NCBI GenBank assembly: GCA_963737905.1
Contig: CAVTUQ010000037.1
Coordinates: 128,001 to 192,000, forward strand
Origin: an uncultured delta proteobacterium
Lineage (GTDB): Bacteria; Desulfobacterota; Binatia; UBA9968
DNA: 64,000 bases
Reading direction: 5' to 3'
Shown: piece after piece, positions 8,046-17,751 of the stretch
Position numbering within the stretch: the first letter of the stretch is position 1
Layout: every line of letters begins with the position of its first letter
Translations under genes and position numbers: made by a program
Notes under the pieces: generated by a model
Database searches by the model: none
Told to the model about the DNA's origin: nothing
What the model saw: the letters and a program-made list of their open reading frames with translations, nothing else

Positions 8046-10460
8046 ATGTTTCAAAAACTGAAATCCAAATTCCAAAATTTTTCCTTCCCCCGGGTTCTTG
8101 GACGGCGGCGCGGGCGACTGGTTCGCGATTACTTCTTTATCTCCGTGCTGCTGATCGGCGGCGGGTTGATCACGAGCGGCTTGGTCGAAATATATTTCCG
8201 TTATCTTGAAAGCCGCGAACAATTGGCTGCAATTCAGAAAGAGGTCGCTACCGGAGCGGCCGTTAAAATCGAGCGGTTCGTGCAAGAAATTCACAACACC
8301 TTGAAGGGAGCGACCAAGAGCCGTGAGATCGCACCCAAAGGGTTGACGACGGAATTTCGCTTTGAGCTCGAAAAGCTTCTTTTAATCGCCCCGGCGGTCA
8401 CTGAAGCGCTGGCGCTCGACGAAAAGGGCGCGATCCGGGTACAGGCTTCGCGCTTGCGCACGGTGCTTCCCGAAGCCAAACGAGATCTTTCCACCGCGCC
8501 GCCCTTTCTAACGGCGAAGCAAGGTAAATCCTATTTTGGTCCGGTTCACTTTGTCCGAGGCTCGGAACCTTACATGACCATTGCCGTACCGATAGAGCGC
8601 TTTGCCGGCGACGTTATCGGCGTGCTGCAGGCCGAAGTGAATCTCAAATACATCGGCGACGTGGTCTCGGCCATCACGGTCGGGAAAGCGGGCTACGCTT
8701 ATGCCGTTACCCAGACCGGCGAGCTGATCGCCCATCCGGATATCAGTCTCGTTCTACAGAGACGCAACGTAGCGTTGCTCGATCAAGTCAAAGCAGCCTT
8801 TCAGACGAGCCCTGGGAAACCCGCGTCCAATGCGATTATAACCGAGAACTTGCAAGGCAAAAGCGTTCTCGCTTCGTTCGCGCTGATTCCAGGTCTGGAC
8901 TGGGCGGTCATTATAGAACGACCCGTCGCAGAGGCCTATGAAACGCTTTACGCGTCCATGCTGCGAACCTCGACATTGTTCTTGATCGGTCTCGGTATGG
9001 CGCTGATCGCCAGCTGGTTCCTCGCGCGACGAGTCGTCCGTCCCGTCCGGATCCTGCGCGAAGGAGTGGAGCGCATCGGCACCGGCGATCTGGGTTATCG
9101 TCTCGATCTGAAGACTGGCGACGAGATCGAGGTTTTGGCCGACGAGTTCAACAAGATGACCACCCAGCTCCAAGAGTCTTACAGCAACTTGGAGCAAAAG
9201 GTCGAAGACCGGACACGAGAACTTACCGAGTCCTTGGAGCAACAGACCGCAACGAGTGAGATTCTAGGAGTAATCACCAGTTCGCATACCGATGTCCAGC
9301 CGGTTCTCGATGCGGTAGCGGAAAAAGCTGCACGACTGTGCGACGCCAATGATACGCAAATCTTTCGACTCGAAGGCGATTTCCATCGCCGGGTGGCTTC
9401 GTTTGGACCACTACCAGCGCCGGACTTGACCGAGTTGTTTCCCGTGAACCGAGACACTGTGAGCGGCCGCTCCATCTTAGAGCACCGAAGCATCCACGTT
9501 CATGACTTGGCTGCGCAAGTCGACAACGAATATCCAGCTTCGAGGATTTATCTCGAACGGTTCGGCACTCGAACTATTCTTGCCATACCACTTCTGCGTG
9601 AAGGAACACCGATCGGTGGGATAGTGATCCGCCGCACCGAGGTCCGCCCGTTTTCTGAAAAACAGATCGCCTTACTTAAAACCTTCGCCGACCAGGCCGT
9701 GATCGCCATCGAGAACGTCCGCCTGTTCCAGGAAATCCAGGACAAGAATGAGCAGCTCGAAGCCGCGAACCGTCACAAGTCGCAGTTTCTCGCTAATGTC
9801 AGCCATGAGCTGCGGACACCACTTAACTCCATCATCGGATTTACCCGAATTGTTCTGCGCCGGGTCGGCGCGCAAATTCCCGATCTGCAAAAGGAGAATC
9901 TCCAGAAGGTTCTGATCAGCTCGGAACATCTGCTCAACCTGATCAACGAGCTGCTTGACCTGGCGAAGATCGAATCCGGCCGGATGGAGGTGTACGCCGA
10001 AACCTTCCAACTGAACGACGTAGTCCGAATGGCGACGTCAACCGTGGAGCCGATGTTGAAGGATGGTCGCGTTCGTTTAGTGACCGAGATCGCCCCGGAC
10101 ATCCCACCGTTGAAAACCGATCGAGACAAACTCAAGCAGGCCGTGCTGAATCTTTTGAGCAACGCCGCGAAGTTCACCGAGAAAGGAGAGATCAAGGTTG
10201 CGGCATGGCAGGAAAACGGGAACGTAAAGCTTACCGTTTCCGACACCGGCATCGGTATGAAAAAAGAGGCTCTGGATTATATCTTCGAGGAGTTCCGCCA
10301 GGCGGATATGTCGAGCACACGGAAGTACGGCGGCACCGGGCTCGGCCTAGCGATCGTAAAGAGGTTCATCAATCTCATGGGTGGCGATATCGGCGTTGAT
10401 AGTGAAGTCGGCAAAGGCTCGAAATTCACGATCACGATCCCGATGGTTTTGAAAACGTAA
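8046..10460 (+). CDS. Sensor histidine kinase (TM-Cache-TM-HAMP-GAF-HisKA-HATPase)
   Basis: Two TM helices flank a Cache-like domain (YAYAV..GELIAHPD). Then HAMP (DEIEVLADEFNKM), GAF, H-box SHELRTPL and the N/G1/F/G2 boxes. Confidence 0.93.
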   Translation: MFQKLKSKFQNFSFPRVLGRRRGRLVRDYFFISVLLIGGGLITSGLVEIYFRYLESREQLAAIQKEVATGAAVKIERFVQEIHNTLKGATKSREIAPKGLTTEFRFELEKLLLIAPAVTEALALDEKGAIRVQASRLRTVLPEAKRDLSTAPPFLTAKQGKSYFGPVHFVRGSEPYMTIAVPIERFAGDVIGVLQAEVNLKYIGDVVSAITVGKAGYAYAVTQTGELIAHPDISLVLQRRNVALLDQVKAAFQTSPGKPASNAIITENLQGKSVLASFALIPGLDWAVIIERPVAEAYETLYASMLRTSTLFLIGLGMALIASWFLARRVVRPVRILREGVERIGTGDLGYRLDLKTGDEIEVLADEFNKMTTQLQESYSNLEQKVEDRTRELTESLEQQTATSEILGVITSSHTDVQPVLDAVAEKAARLCDANDTQIFRLEGDFHRRVASFGPLPAPDLTELFPVNRDTVSGRSILEHRSIHVHDLAAQVDNEYPASRIYLERFGTRTILAIPLLREGTPIGGIVIRRTEVRPFSEKQIALLKTFADQAVIAIENVRLFQEIQDKNEQLEAANRHKSQFLANVSHELRTPLNSIIGFTRIVLRRVGAQIPDLQKENLQKVLISSEHLLNLINELLDLAKIESGRMEVYAETFQLNDVVRMATSTVEPMLKDGRVRLVTEIAPDIPPLKTDRDKLKQAVLNLLSNAAKFTEKGEIKVAAWQENGNVKLTVSDTGIGMKKEALDYIFEEFRQADMSSTRKYGGTGLGLAIVKRFINLMGGDIGVDSEVGKGSKFTITIPMVLKT

Positions 10461-10564
10461 AGGGTAAGGAGTGAGGCGTGAGGGGTTAGGCGTAAGGAGT
10501 GGAGCAAGGCGTGAAGCGTACGCCTAACGCCTGACCCCTACGTATCTCCTGAAAGGATAAGAAC

Positions 10565-10930
10565 ATGTCAAAGAAAATCGTTTTGGTGGTCGATGATACC
10601 GAATGGAACCGGGACTTGGTTGTCCAGCTCCTGGAGGATGACTATACCGTCTTGCAGGCCGTCGATGGTGAAGAGGCGGTGAGAAAGACTCAGGAGGATA
10701 AACCCGATCTCATTCTCATGGATCTTGGAATGCCGGTGATGGACGGCTGGGAGGCAACCCGGAAAATAAAAGCCAACGATGCTTTGAAGCATATCCCGAT
10801 TATCGCCGTCACGTCTCACGCTATGGTCGGCGACGAGATCGACGCGCGTAAAGCTGGCTGCGACGACTACCTTCCAAAACCGATCGATGAAAATGAACTC
10901 CTGAATAAGATCAAGAAGTTCCTCGCGTGA
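10565..10930 (+). CDS. Single-domain response regulator (DivK/CheY-like)
   Basis: VVDD, LMDLGMPVMDG, KPID. Confidence 0.92.
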   Translation: MSKKIVLVVDDTEWNRDLVVQLLEDDYTVLQAVDGEEAVRKTQEDKPDLILMDLGMPVMDGWEATRKIKANDALKHIPIIAVTSHAMVGDEIDARKAGCDDYLPKPIDENELLNKIKKFLA

Positions 10931-10938
10931 TCTTTAGA

Positions 10939-10989
10939 CCTTCGGCTCGACTGCTCTCGACCTGAGCTCGGGTCGAAGGCAGGACAGGG
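10939..10989. repeat. CTTCGAC...CTGAGC...GTCGAAG-type REP-like element
   Basis: tcgacc-tgagctc-gggtcga hairpin core; related sequences at ~13135-13160 and ~14461-14527. Confidence 0.45.
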
Positions 10990-11095
10990 TTAGATTGCTG
11001 ATTCTCGATTAGAATTGGGAAAGGCTATGAACAAAAGGTCGTCGCCGTTTTGACCGAAATACGAAAAAATCGAAAGTCCAAAATAAGGCTCTAGG

Positions 11096-12053
11096 ATGAA
11101 ACTTTTTAGGCTTATCGCGATCGCTGTGGCGCTTATGGTAGGCGCGGCTCTCGCCGGCGCCCAATTCCCCGCGTAGGGATCCTCTTTATTGGCGGTCGCG
11201 ATCAACCGCATCTTGAAGCGTTTAAACAAGGACTGCGCGATCGTGGATACGTAGAAGGTAAAAACATCGCTCTGGAATACCGTTATGCCGAAGGCAGAGA
11301 AGATCGACTCCCTGAGCTCGCTGCTGAGTTAGTTCAGGTCAAGGTCGACGTCATAGTTGTTACGGCCGATATTAGTGCTCAGGCGGCCCAACGGGCGACA
11401 AAGACTATACCCATCGTCGTGACAACCGGGGACCCAGTTACGTGGGGACTAGCCGACAGCTTGGCCAAACCGGGTGGCAACGTTACGGGGCTCAGTGTTC
11501 TTTTAGCGGATTTAAGCGGCAAGCGTGTGGAAATCCTTAAAGAGACTTTTCCAAAGTTGACTCGCGTGGCCGCCTTGTGGAACCCGACCGGAAGAGTAGC
11601 GTCGCCTGTATTTAAGGAAACCAGTGCGGCTGCGCAGGCTCTCTCTTTGCAGCTTCATTCCTTCGAGGTTCAAACGCTCCAAGATATTGAAAAGGCGCTC
11701 GTGGAGATACCAAAGCTACGGTCCACTGCGCTTCTCGTGCTTTTGACTCCCTTGGTAACTCTTCACTCGAAGCGGATTGTCGAGCTGGCGCTTAAGCAAC
11801 ATTTGCCTGGCATGTATCCGACGAGACAATTTGCGGAGGAAGGCGGCCTCATGGCCTATGGACCCCTAGTTGGTGATTTGTATCGACGCGCTGCCACCTA
11901 CGTAGACAAAATTCTCAAAGGCGCCAAGCCCGCCGACCTGCCCGTAGAGCAGCCGATGAGGTTCGAATTCATCATCAATCAAGACCGCCAAGCAGATTGG
12001 ATTAATCATTCCACCGAATGTATCTAGCGAGAGCGGATAGGGTCATAAAATGA
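11096..12053 (+). pseudogene. Orphan PF04392-like binding protein #3, frameshifted (near 11165, 11980, 12022)
   Basis: Signal peptide MKLFRLIAIAVALMVGAALAGAQ, then another frame gives IPRVGILFIGG...GYVEGKNIALEYRY..., and the tail KTAKQIGLIIPPNV/LARADRVIK is shifted again. May be sequencing error. Confidence 0.75.
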
Positions 12054-12106
12054 CAGGCAGCAGTGAGCAGAAAACAGTAAACAGCAAAAAACGCGGACGA
12101 AATTCT

Positions 12107-13087
12107 ATGAGAAAGAAAATCATCCTCCTCGCATTAGGCACCATGCTCTTAGCTCTACGCGTTTCCGCCGAGGCGCAGCAACCAGCGAAATTTTCCCGGA
12201 TAGGCCTGTTGACGTGGGCAGCTTCCCCTCCACCCTCATCCCCTACACCCTTCGAACAAGGCTTGCGCCAATTGGGCTACGTGGAAGGTCAGAACATTGC
12301 TATTGAGCGGCGGTATGCGAATGGACAGCTGAACCGCCTTCCGGAACTCGCGGCCGACCTCGCGCGCCTCCCTCTAGACGTGATTTTGACGCAGTCCTTT
12401 CCGGCGGCTCTCGCCGCCAAGCAAGCGACCTACGACCATCCCCATCGTCGTCATGGGGGCCGGCGATCCGGTGGCGACTGGACTTGTCGCTAGCTTCGCC
12501 CGGCCAGGTGGAAACATCACCGGAGTGAGCGCCCTGGAAACGGAGCTGAGCGGCAAACGTCTGGAGCTGTTGAAAGAAGCCTTTCCCAAGTTAGCCCGCG
12601 TGGCGGTCCTCTGGAATGCGGCGGATCTTGGCATGACCCTTAAATTCGGTGAGCTGGAGCTAGCGGCGCAAGCATTGCGGGTGGCAGTGCAAGCGTTGGC
12701 GGTCCGTGAAGCCAAGGATTTCGACGGTGCTTTTCGGAGATGGTGCACAAGCGGCCGGATGCGCTGTTTGTCATCACCGACCCACTGACCCAGCTCAATC
12801 GGAAGCATCTTTTGGAATTGGCGACAAAGAGTCGGTTGCCGGCGATGTACGAAAATGCACCATACGTGGATGATGGCGGGCTCATGGCCTACGGACCGAG
12901 CCAGGCGGAGAACCTGCGAATAGCCCTCCAGCATGTCGACAAGATTCTTAAAGGCACTAAGCCGAGCGAGTTACCCATCGAGCAGCCGACGAAGTTCGAG
13001 TTCATCATCAATCTGAAGACGGCCAAGCAGATCGGCCTGACGATTCCGCCGAACGTGCTGGTGAGGGCGGACAAGGTGATCAGATGA
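12107..13087 (+). pseudogene. Orphan PF04392-like binding protein #4, frameshifted (near 12432, 12735)
   Basis: ORFs 12050..12493, 12453..12788 and 12740..13087 join into one full-length paralog. May be sequencing error. Confidence 0.78.
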
Positions 13088-13206
13088 CAGAGGTCAGAGA
13101 TCAGAAGTCAGCTGTCAGAAATCAGAGCGCAGATCTTCGACTCAACTCAGGACCGGTTTTGGATTTTCACATGCCAATTTCGGATTGGAAGAAAAGAAAA
13201 GGAGAA

Positions 13207-14259
13207 ATGGCTATGGGTGAGACATTTTATGCGCGGTTTTTGAATTCTCGTATCATCAATCGAAAACCTGAAACCCAGAATGTAAAATTGTGCGCGCTTG
13301 CCCTGGGCGCCCTGTGTTTGGCCGTTTGCTTTCCAGTCCAGGCGCAACAGCCTGCAAAGATCTGGAAGATAGGTGTCCTCGTTTCCACCTCCCGCGCCCT
13401 GAACGCATCTCGCGACGACAGCCTGTGGCAGGGGTTACGCCAGCTGGGCTACGTCGAGGGCAAGAATGTCGCTATGGAGTACCGGTATGCCGATGGGCAA
13501 CTGGATCGCTTACCCCAGCTTGCTGCAGAGCTCGTCGGGCTCAAAGTTGATGTCATTGTTGTCTCCGGCACTAGGGCAGCGGTAGCTGCCAAACAAGCCA
13601 CCAGCACGATCCCGATCGTGCTCGCTGGCGTGGGCGATCCTGTTCAGGCTGGCCTCGTTAGCAGCTTCTCACGCCCGGGTAGTAACATTACCGGGGTGGC
13701 GAGGCTTTCACCGGATTTCATCGGTAAAAGAGTGGAACTGATCAAGGAAGTCATTCCCAAGACTAACCTCATCGCGACCCTTTCGAATCCGGATAATCCG
13801 GCGCAGGCAGCAAATCTGCGTCAGATCGACATCAAGGCACGAGCGTTGGCCATCCAACTTCAAATCGTGACGGCGCGAAGCCCCAATGAATTCGAAAGCG
13901 CATTCGCAGCTGCAACCAAAGCGCGGTCAGATGCTCTTTTGTTGATGCCCGATGCCCTCTTTCACACTTACCCGTCAAAGATTGTCGAACTCGCGGCTAA
14001 GAGCCGGCTGCCAGCGATGTACGACAGGTCCGACTTCGTTGATGCGGGCGGATTGATGAGCTTCGCCGTGAATATAGCAGACTTGTCCCGCCGTGCAGCC
14101 ACCTACGTGGACCAGATTCTTAAGGGTTCCAATCCCGCTAACCTGCCTGTGGAGGAGCCGACCAGGTACGATTTGGCCGTCAACCTCAACACCGCTCACG
14201 CTCTGGAGCTCGCGATTCCTCCGAACGTGCTTGTCCGGGCGGATAAAGTCGTCAAGTGA
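13207..14259 (+). CDS. Orphan PF04392-like binding protein #5
   Basis: WKIGVLVS..ALNASRD closely parallels SBP #1; GDPVQAGLV, IPPNVLVRADKVVK. The start codon is uncertain. Confidence 0.87.
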   Translation: MAMGETFYARFLNSRIINRKPETQNVKLCALALGALCLAVCFPVQAQQPAKIWKIGVLVSTSRALNASRDDSLWQGLRQLGYVEGKNVAMEYRYADGQLDRLPQLAAELVGLKVDVIVVSGTRAAVAAKQATSTIPIVLAGVGDPVQAGLVSSFSRPGSNITGVARLSPDFIGKRVELIKEVIPKTNLIATLSNPDNPAQAANLRQIDIKARALAIQLQIVTARSPNEFESAFAAATKARSDALLLMPDALFHTYPSKIVELAAKSRLPAMYDRSDFVDAGGLMSFAVNIADLSRRAATYVDQILKGSNPANLPVEEPTRYDLAVNLNTAHALELAIPPNVLVRADKVVK

Positions 14260-14314
14260 GAAGAGGCAAGTGGCAAGTGTCGAGCGACAAGTGGATCGAG
14301 GCAGAAAAAGAACC

Positions 14315-14449
14315 ATGAAGAAAAAAATCACGCTTTTGCTCTTTGCGCTATGCTCTTTGCGCTTTGCCCTCCGGCCGAAAGCGGCCAAGCAAATCGGTCT
14401 GACGATTCCGCCGAACGTTTTAGCTAGAGCTGACAGAGTAATCCGATGA
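14315..14449 (+). pseudogene. Internally deleted relic of PF04392-like binding protein #6
   Basis: MKKKITLLLFALCSLRFALRP fused directly to the family C-terminal motif KAAKQIGLTIPPNVLARADRVIR. Confidence 0.75.
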
Positions 14450-14546
14450 CCGAGCAACCTAAACTAGTACTGAGCCCGGTCAAAGTATCCAAAACGTGTG
14501 CTGAGCAAGCAAAGTCGAAGTATCGAAAATATAAAATGGTGGAGAT

Positions 14547-15632
14547 ATGCCGAATAAAATTCTAATTGTCGACGACGAGCCGTTTAATCTCGATCTGTTG
14601 GAGCAAGAGCTCGAGGACCAGAACTATACCATCGAGCGCGCCAACGATGGCGCCGAGGCGTTGGCAAAAGTTCCCTCCTTTGAACCCGACGTCATCCTGC
14701 TCGATTACATGATGCCCAAGATGAATGGACTGGAGGTTCTAAAGCACCTTAGAGAAGATGAAAAGCACAAGAGTATTCCCGTAATCCTGCTGACGGCGAA
14801 GGCAACTCAGGAAGACAAAGTTCGCGGCCTCGACGCCGGCGCGGACGACTACGTGATCAAACCGTTCGATTCCTTCGAGCTTTTGGCGCGGGTCCGCGCG
14901 ATGATGCGGATCAAACAGATGCATGACACGTTAGATGAATGGAATCGCTCGCTCACCGAAAAGGTCAAACAGCAAGTCGACGAGCTGCAACGGGTGAACC
15001 GGCTCAAACGGTACCTCTCCCCGCAGATTGCCGAAACGATCCTCGGAGAAAATGAAAATCTTTTCAAAAGCCACCGCCGTGAAATTACTGTCGTCTTCCT
15101 CGACCTGCGCGGCTTCACTGCGTTTTCCGATAGCGCCGAACCGGAGGAAGTCATGGAAGTGCTGCGCGGTTATCATGCCGCAATGGGGAAACTCATTTTT
15201 GAGTTTGGCGGAACCCTGGAGCGTTTCGCCGGTGACGGTATCATGATTTTCTTTAACGATCCGATTCCGTGCGACGATCATACCGAGAAAGCGGTCCGCA
15301 TGGCCTTGGCCATGCAAAACCAGGTTGAGGAGCTGCGCAAAGAGTGGCTCAAAAGAGGATATGACCTTGATTTGGGAATCGGGATGGCCGCCGGGTACGC
15401 CACCCTCGGTAATATTGGCTTTGAAGGACGCATGGATTACGGCGCCATCGGCAATGTTACCAATCTCGCCGCGCGCCTCTGCTCAGAGGCAAAAGCGCGT
15501 CAGATCCTCACCAACCAGAGAACCTTGAGCAAGATAGAAAATCTCGTCGGGTATGAGCCCCTGGAAGAACTCCAATTGAAGGGTGTCGCCCGTCCAGTGG
15601 CAGCTTTTAATATCGTGAAACTGAAGCCGTGA
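14547..15632 (+). CDS. Response regulator - class III nucleotidyl (adenylate/guanylate) cyclase
   Basis: N-terminal REC, then FLDLRGFT, RFAGDGIM and IGNVTNLAARL. Confidence 0.92.
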   Translation: MPNKILIVDDEPFNLDLLEQELEDQNYTIERANDGAEALAKVPSFEPDVILLDYMMPKMNGLEVLKHLREDEKHKSIPVILLTAKATQEDKVRGLDAGADDYVIKPFDSFELLARVRAMMRIKQMHDTLDEWNRSLTEKVKQQVDELQRVNRLKRYLSPQIAETILGENENLFKSHRREITVVFLDLRGFTAFSDSAEPEEVMEVLRGYHAAMGKLIFEFGGTLERFAGDGIMIFFNDPIPCDDHTEKAVRMALAMQNQVEELRKEWLKRGYDLDLGIGMAAGYATLGNIGFEGRMDYGAIGNVTNLAARLCSEAKARQILTNQRTLSKIENLVGYEPLEELQLKGVARPVAAFNIVKLKP

Positions 15633-15763
15633 TGGGGCCTATAGCTTGTGGCTCATAGCATATGGTTCCTCGTTCCATTGATATGCCATACGCCATAAGC
15701 CATAGGCGATTTTCCGGCGACTTGACGCGGCTCCAGGCTCCGCCCTAGAATCCAGCCTTCCAC

Positions 15764-17107
15764 ATGCCAAACCGAATCTTGATCGTTGACGATGAGCCGC
15801 TGAATCTCGATCTCTTGGACCAGGAACTGGCGGACCTGGGCCATGTGACCGAACGGGCCATCGACGGATCCGAAGCCCTCGCAAAACTCGATGCTGCCAA
15901 TCCAGATCTCGTTTTACTGGATTATCAGATGCCGGGGATGAACGGCATCGAGGTTCTGAAGGAGATCCGCAAACGGGACCACAATTTGCCCGTAGTCATC
16001 ATCACCGCCTACGGTACCATTGAACGAGCCGTCGAAGCCGTAAAGGCGGGCGCCGACGACTTCATTACGAAACCCTTCGATCCGGAGCATCTCGCATTAG
16101 TGGTCAAGAAGGCGTTGGAACGAGCGCAGCTCCAATCCGAAGTGGAATTCTTCGCCCAAGAGCTTAGCGGACGCTATCGCCTCGTCGCAGGAAAGAATGC
16201 CTTGATGGTTCAGACGGTAGAGGAAGCAAAGAAGGCCGCAGGCAGCAAGTCCACGGTTTTGCTCCTGGGCGAGAGCGGCACCGGCAAGGAAATCTTCGCC
16301 CGGGCGATTCACGACTGGAGTGACCGGAGATTGAAGCCCTTCATCGCCATCAACTGTGTCGGGCTTGCCAAAGACCTTTTGGAGAGCGAGCTATTCGGTC
16401 ATGAGAAGGGTGCTTTCACCGGAGCTCATCAGCTCAAAAAGGGGAAAATGGAGCTGGCTGATGGCGGCACGGTGTTCCTGGACGAGGTCGGCGATATCGC
16501 GGCGGAGCTCCAGACCAAGCTTTTGCGTTTCCTTCAGGAGCGCGAGTTCGAACGCGTGGGCGGAACCGGGCCTATCACCGTGGACGTGAGAATCATTGCC
16601 GCGACGAATCGCGATCTTGAACAGGCGCTCAAGAACGGAACCTTTCGTGAAGATCTCTACCATCGCCTGAATGTTATCGCGATTACGCTGCCGCCTTTAC
16701 GGGAGAGAAAGGAGGATATCCCGATCCTGGCGAACTATTTTTTGCAACGGTTCTCGTCAGAGGCGAAAAAGAATTTCTCGGAAATCGCCGAGAGCACGCA
16801 GGAAAAACTCTTGGCTTACCGCTGGCCGGGGAACGTGCGCGAGCTTGCCAACGTTATCGAACGGGCAGTCGTTTTAGGGGACGGCCCGATATTGACCGTC
16901 CACCATCTACCGGTAAGGGTCATTGGCGGGCAACCGAGCAACAAGACTGAAGAATTGTCCTACCACGACGCCATCAATACCTACCGCCGCGAGCTGATCG
17001 TTACAGCGCTAGCCACTGCGCAGGGCAATCGTGCTGCGGCGGCCAAAGCGCTTGGCCTGCATAGAACTCATCTGCTGAAAATCATGAGAGCCCTTGCGAT
17101 CAACTAG
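15764..17107 (+). CDS. Sigma54-dependent response regulator (NtrC/AtoC family)
   Basis: REC, GESGTGKE, intact GAFTGA, FLDEVG, WPGNVREL and a Fis-type HTH. Confidence 0.95.
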   Translation: MPNRILIVDDEPLNLDLLDQELADLGHVTERAIDGSEALAKLDAANPDLVLLDYQMPGMNGIEVLKEIRKRDHNLPVVIITAYGTIERAVEAVKAGADDFITKPFDPEHLALVVKKALERAQLQSEVEFFAQELSGRYRLVAGKNALMVQTVEEAKKAAGSKSTVLLLGESGTGKEIFARAIHDWSDRRLKPFIAINCVGLAKDLLESELFGHEKGAFTGAHQLKKGKMELADGGTVFLDEVGDIAAELQTKLLRFLQEREFERVGGTGPITVDVRIIAATNRDLEQALKNGTFREDLYHRLNVIAITLPPLRERKEDIPILANYFLQRFSSEAKKNFSEIAESTQEKLLAYRWPGNVRELANVIERAVVLGDGPILTVHHLPVRVIGGQPSNKTEELSYHDAINTYRRELIVTALATAQGNRAAAAKALGLHRTHLLKIMRALAIN

Positions 17108-17472
17108 TGAGGGCGTCAAGCGGGCGATGACTGTGGAGCATCGTAAATAACCCGCGCTCCCGATGAATTTGAACATTTTATGGCAGCTCACCCGGGCCGG
17201 CCCTCTGAATGAAGATCAGAGTGATTGAAACTCTACGGACGGGCATTTATATGATCCAGCGCCCCTATCGGATCCTAATTAAACACACAGAAGCAAACTG
17301 CAGTCCTACATTTCTTGCGTCCCGTGCTGGCGTGTTTGTCTGGTCGTTAATAAAACACGCTCTTATTATTTCTTTTCTCTAAATTCGTCTCTGACACCGT
17401 TGTTGTACTAAAATCCCGTTTAGGTGAAAATAAAAAAAATCAAAGAAAATTTTGTAAAATGATATTTTTTTC

Positions 17473-17502
17473 TTGACATACAATTTGTTGTGCCGTTATA
17501 AT
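17473..17502 (+). promoter_or_regulatory. Consensus sigma70 promoter with AT-rich UP region
   Basis: TTGACA-N18-TATAAT, preceded by A/T tracts. Confidence 0.8.
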
Positions 17503-17616
17503 CGCCGCACCTACAAAATGTGGGAGGGTTTTTTGAGATTATCTTTCTTAGCCTGAGCCAACACTTACTTCCTCTTACTAAAAGCCCACCGCATGGAATT
17601 TTAAAAGGAGGTACTT

Positions 17617-17667
17617 ATGGCAGTAAAGAAGAAAGCCAAGAAGAAAGCCAAAAAGAAAAAAAAGTAA
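17617..17667 (+). CDS. 16-aa lysine-rich micropeptide MAVKKKAKKKAKKKKK
   Basis: Strong SD AAGGAGG 5 nt before ATG, with its own promoter and terminator. It is below the ORF-track size cutoff. Confidence 0.65.
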   Translation: MAVKKKAKKKAKKKKK

Positions 17668-17751
17668 CTAAGTTTTGAGATGTGGGGTTGCGGCGGTGAA
17701 CTGAAACCCTCCTTTATCTCAGGCGCTCGGATAGCCGTTCTGGCTATCTAG

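Noticed and set aside
11174-11176. TAG after the SBP #3 signal peptide as pyrrolysine or read-through
   Set aside because: The protein continues in a different frame, so this is a frameshift or deletion.
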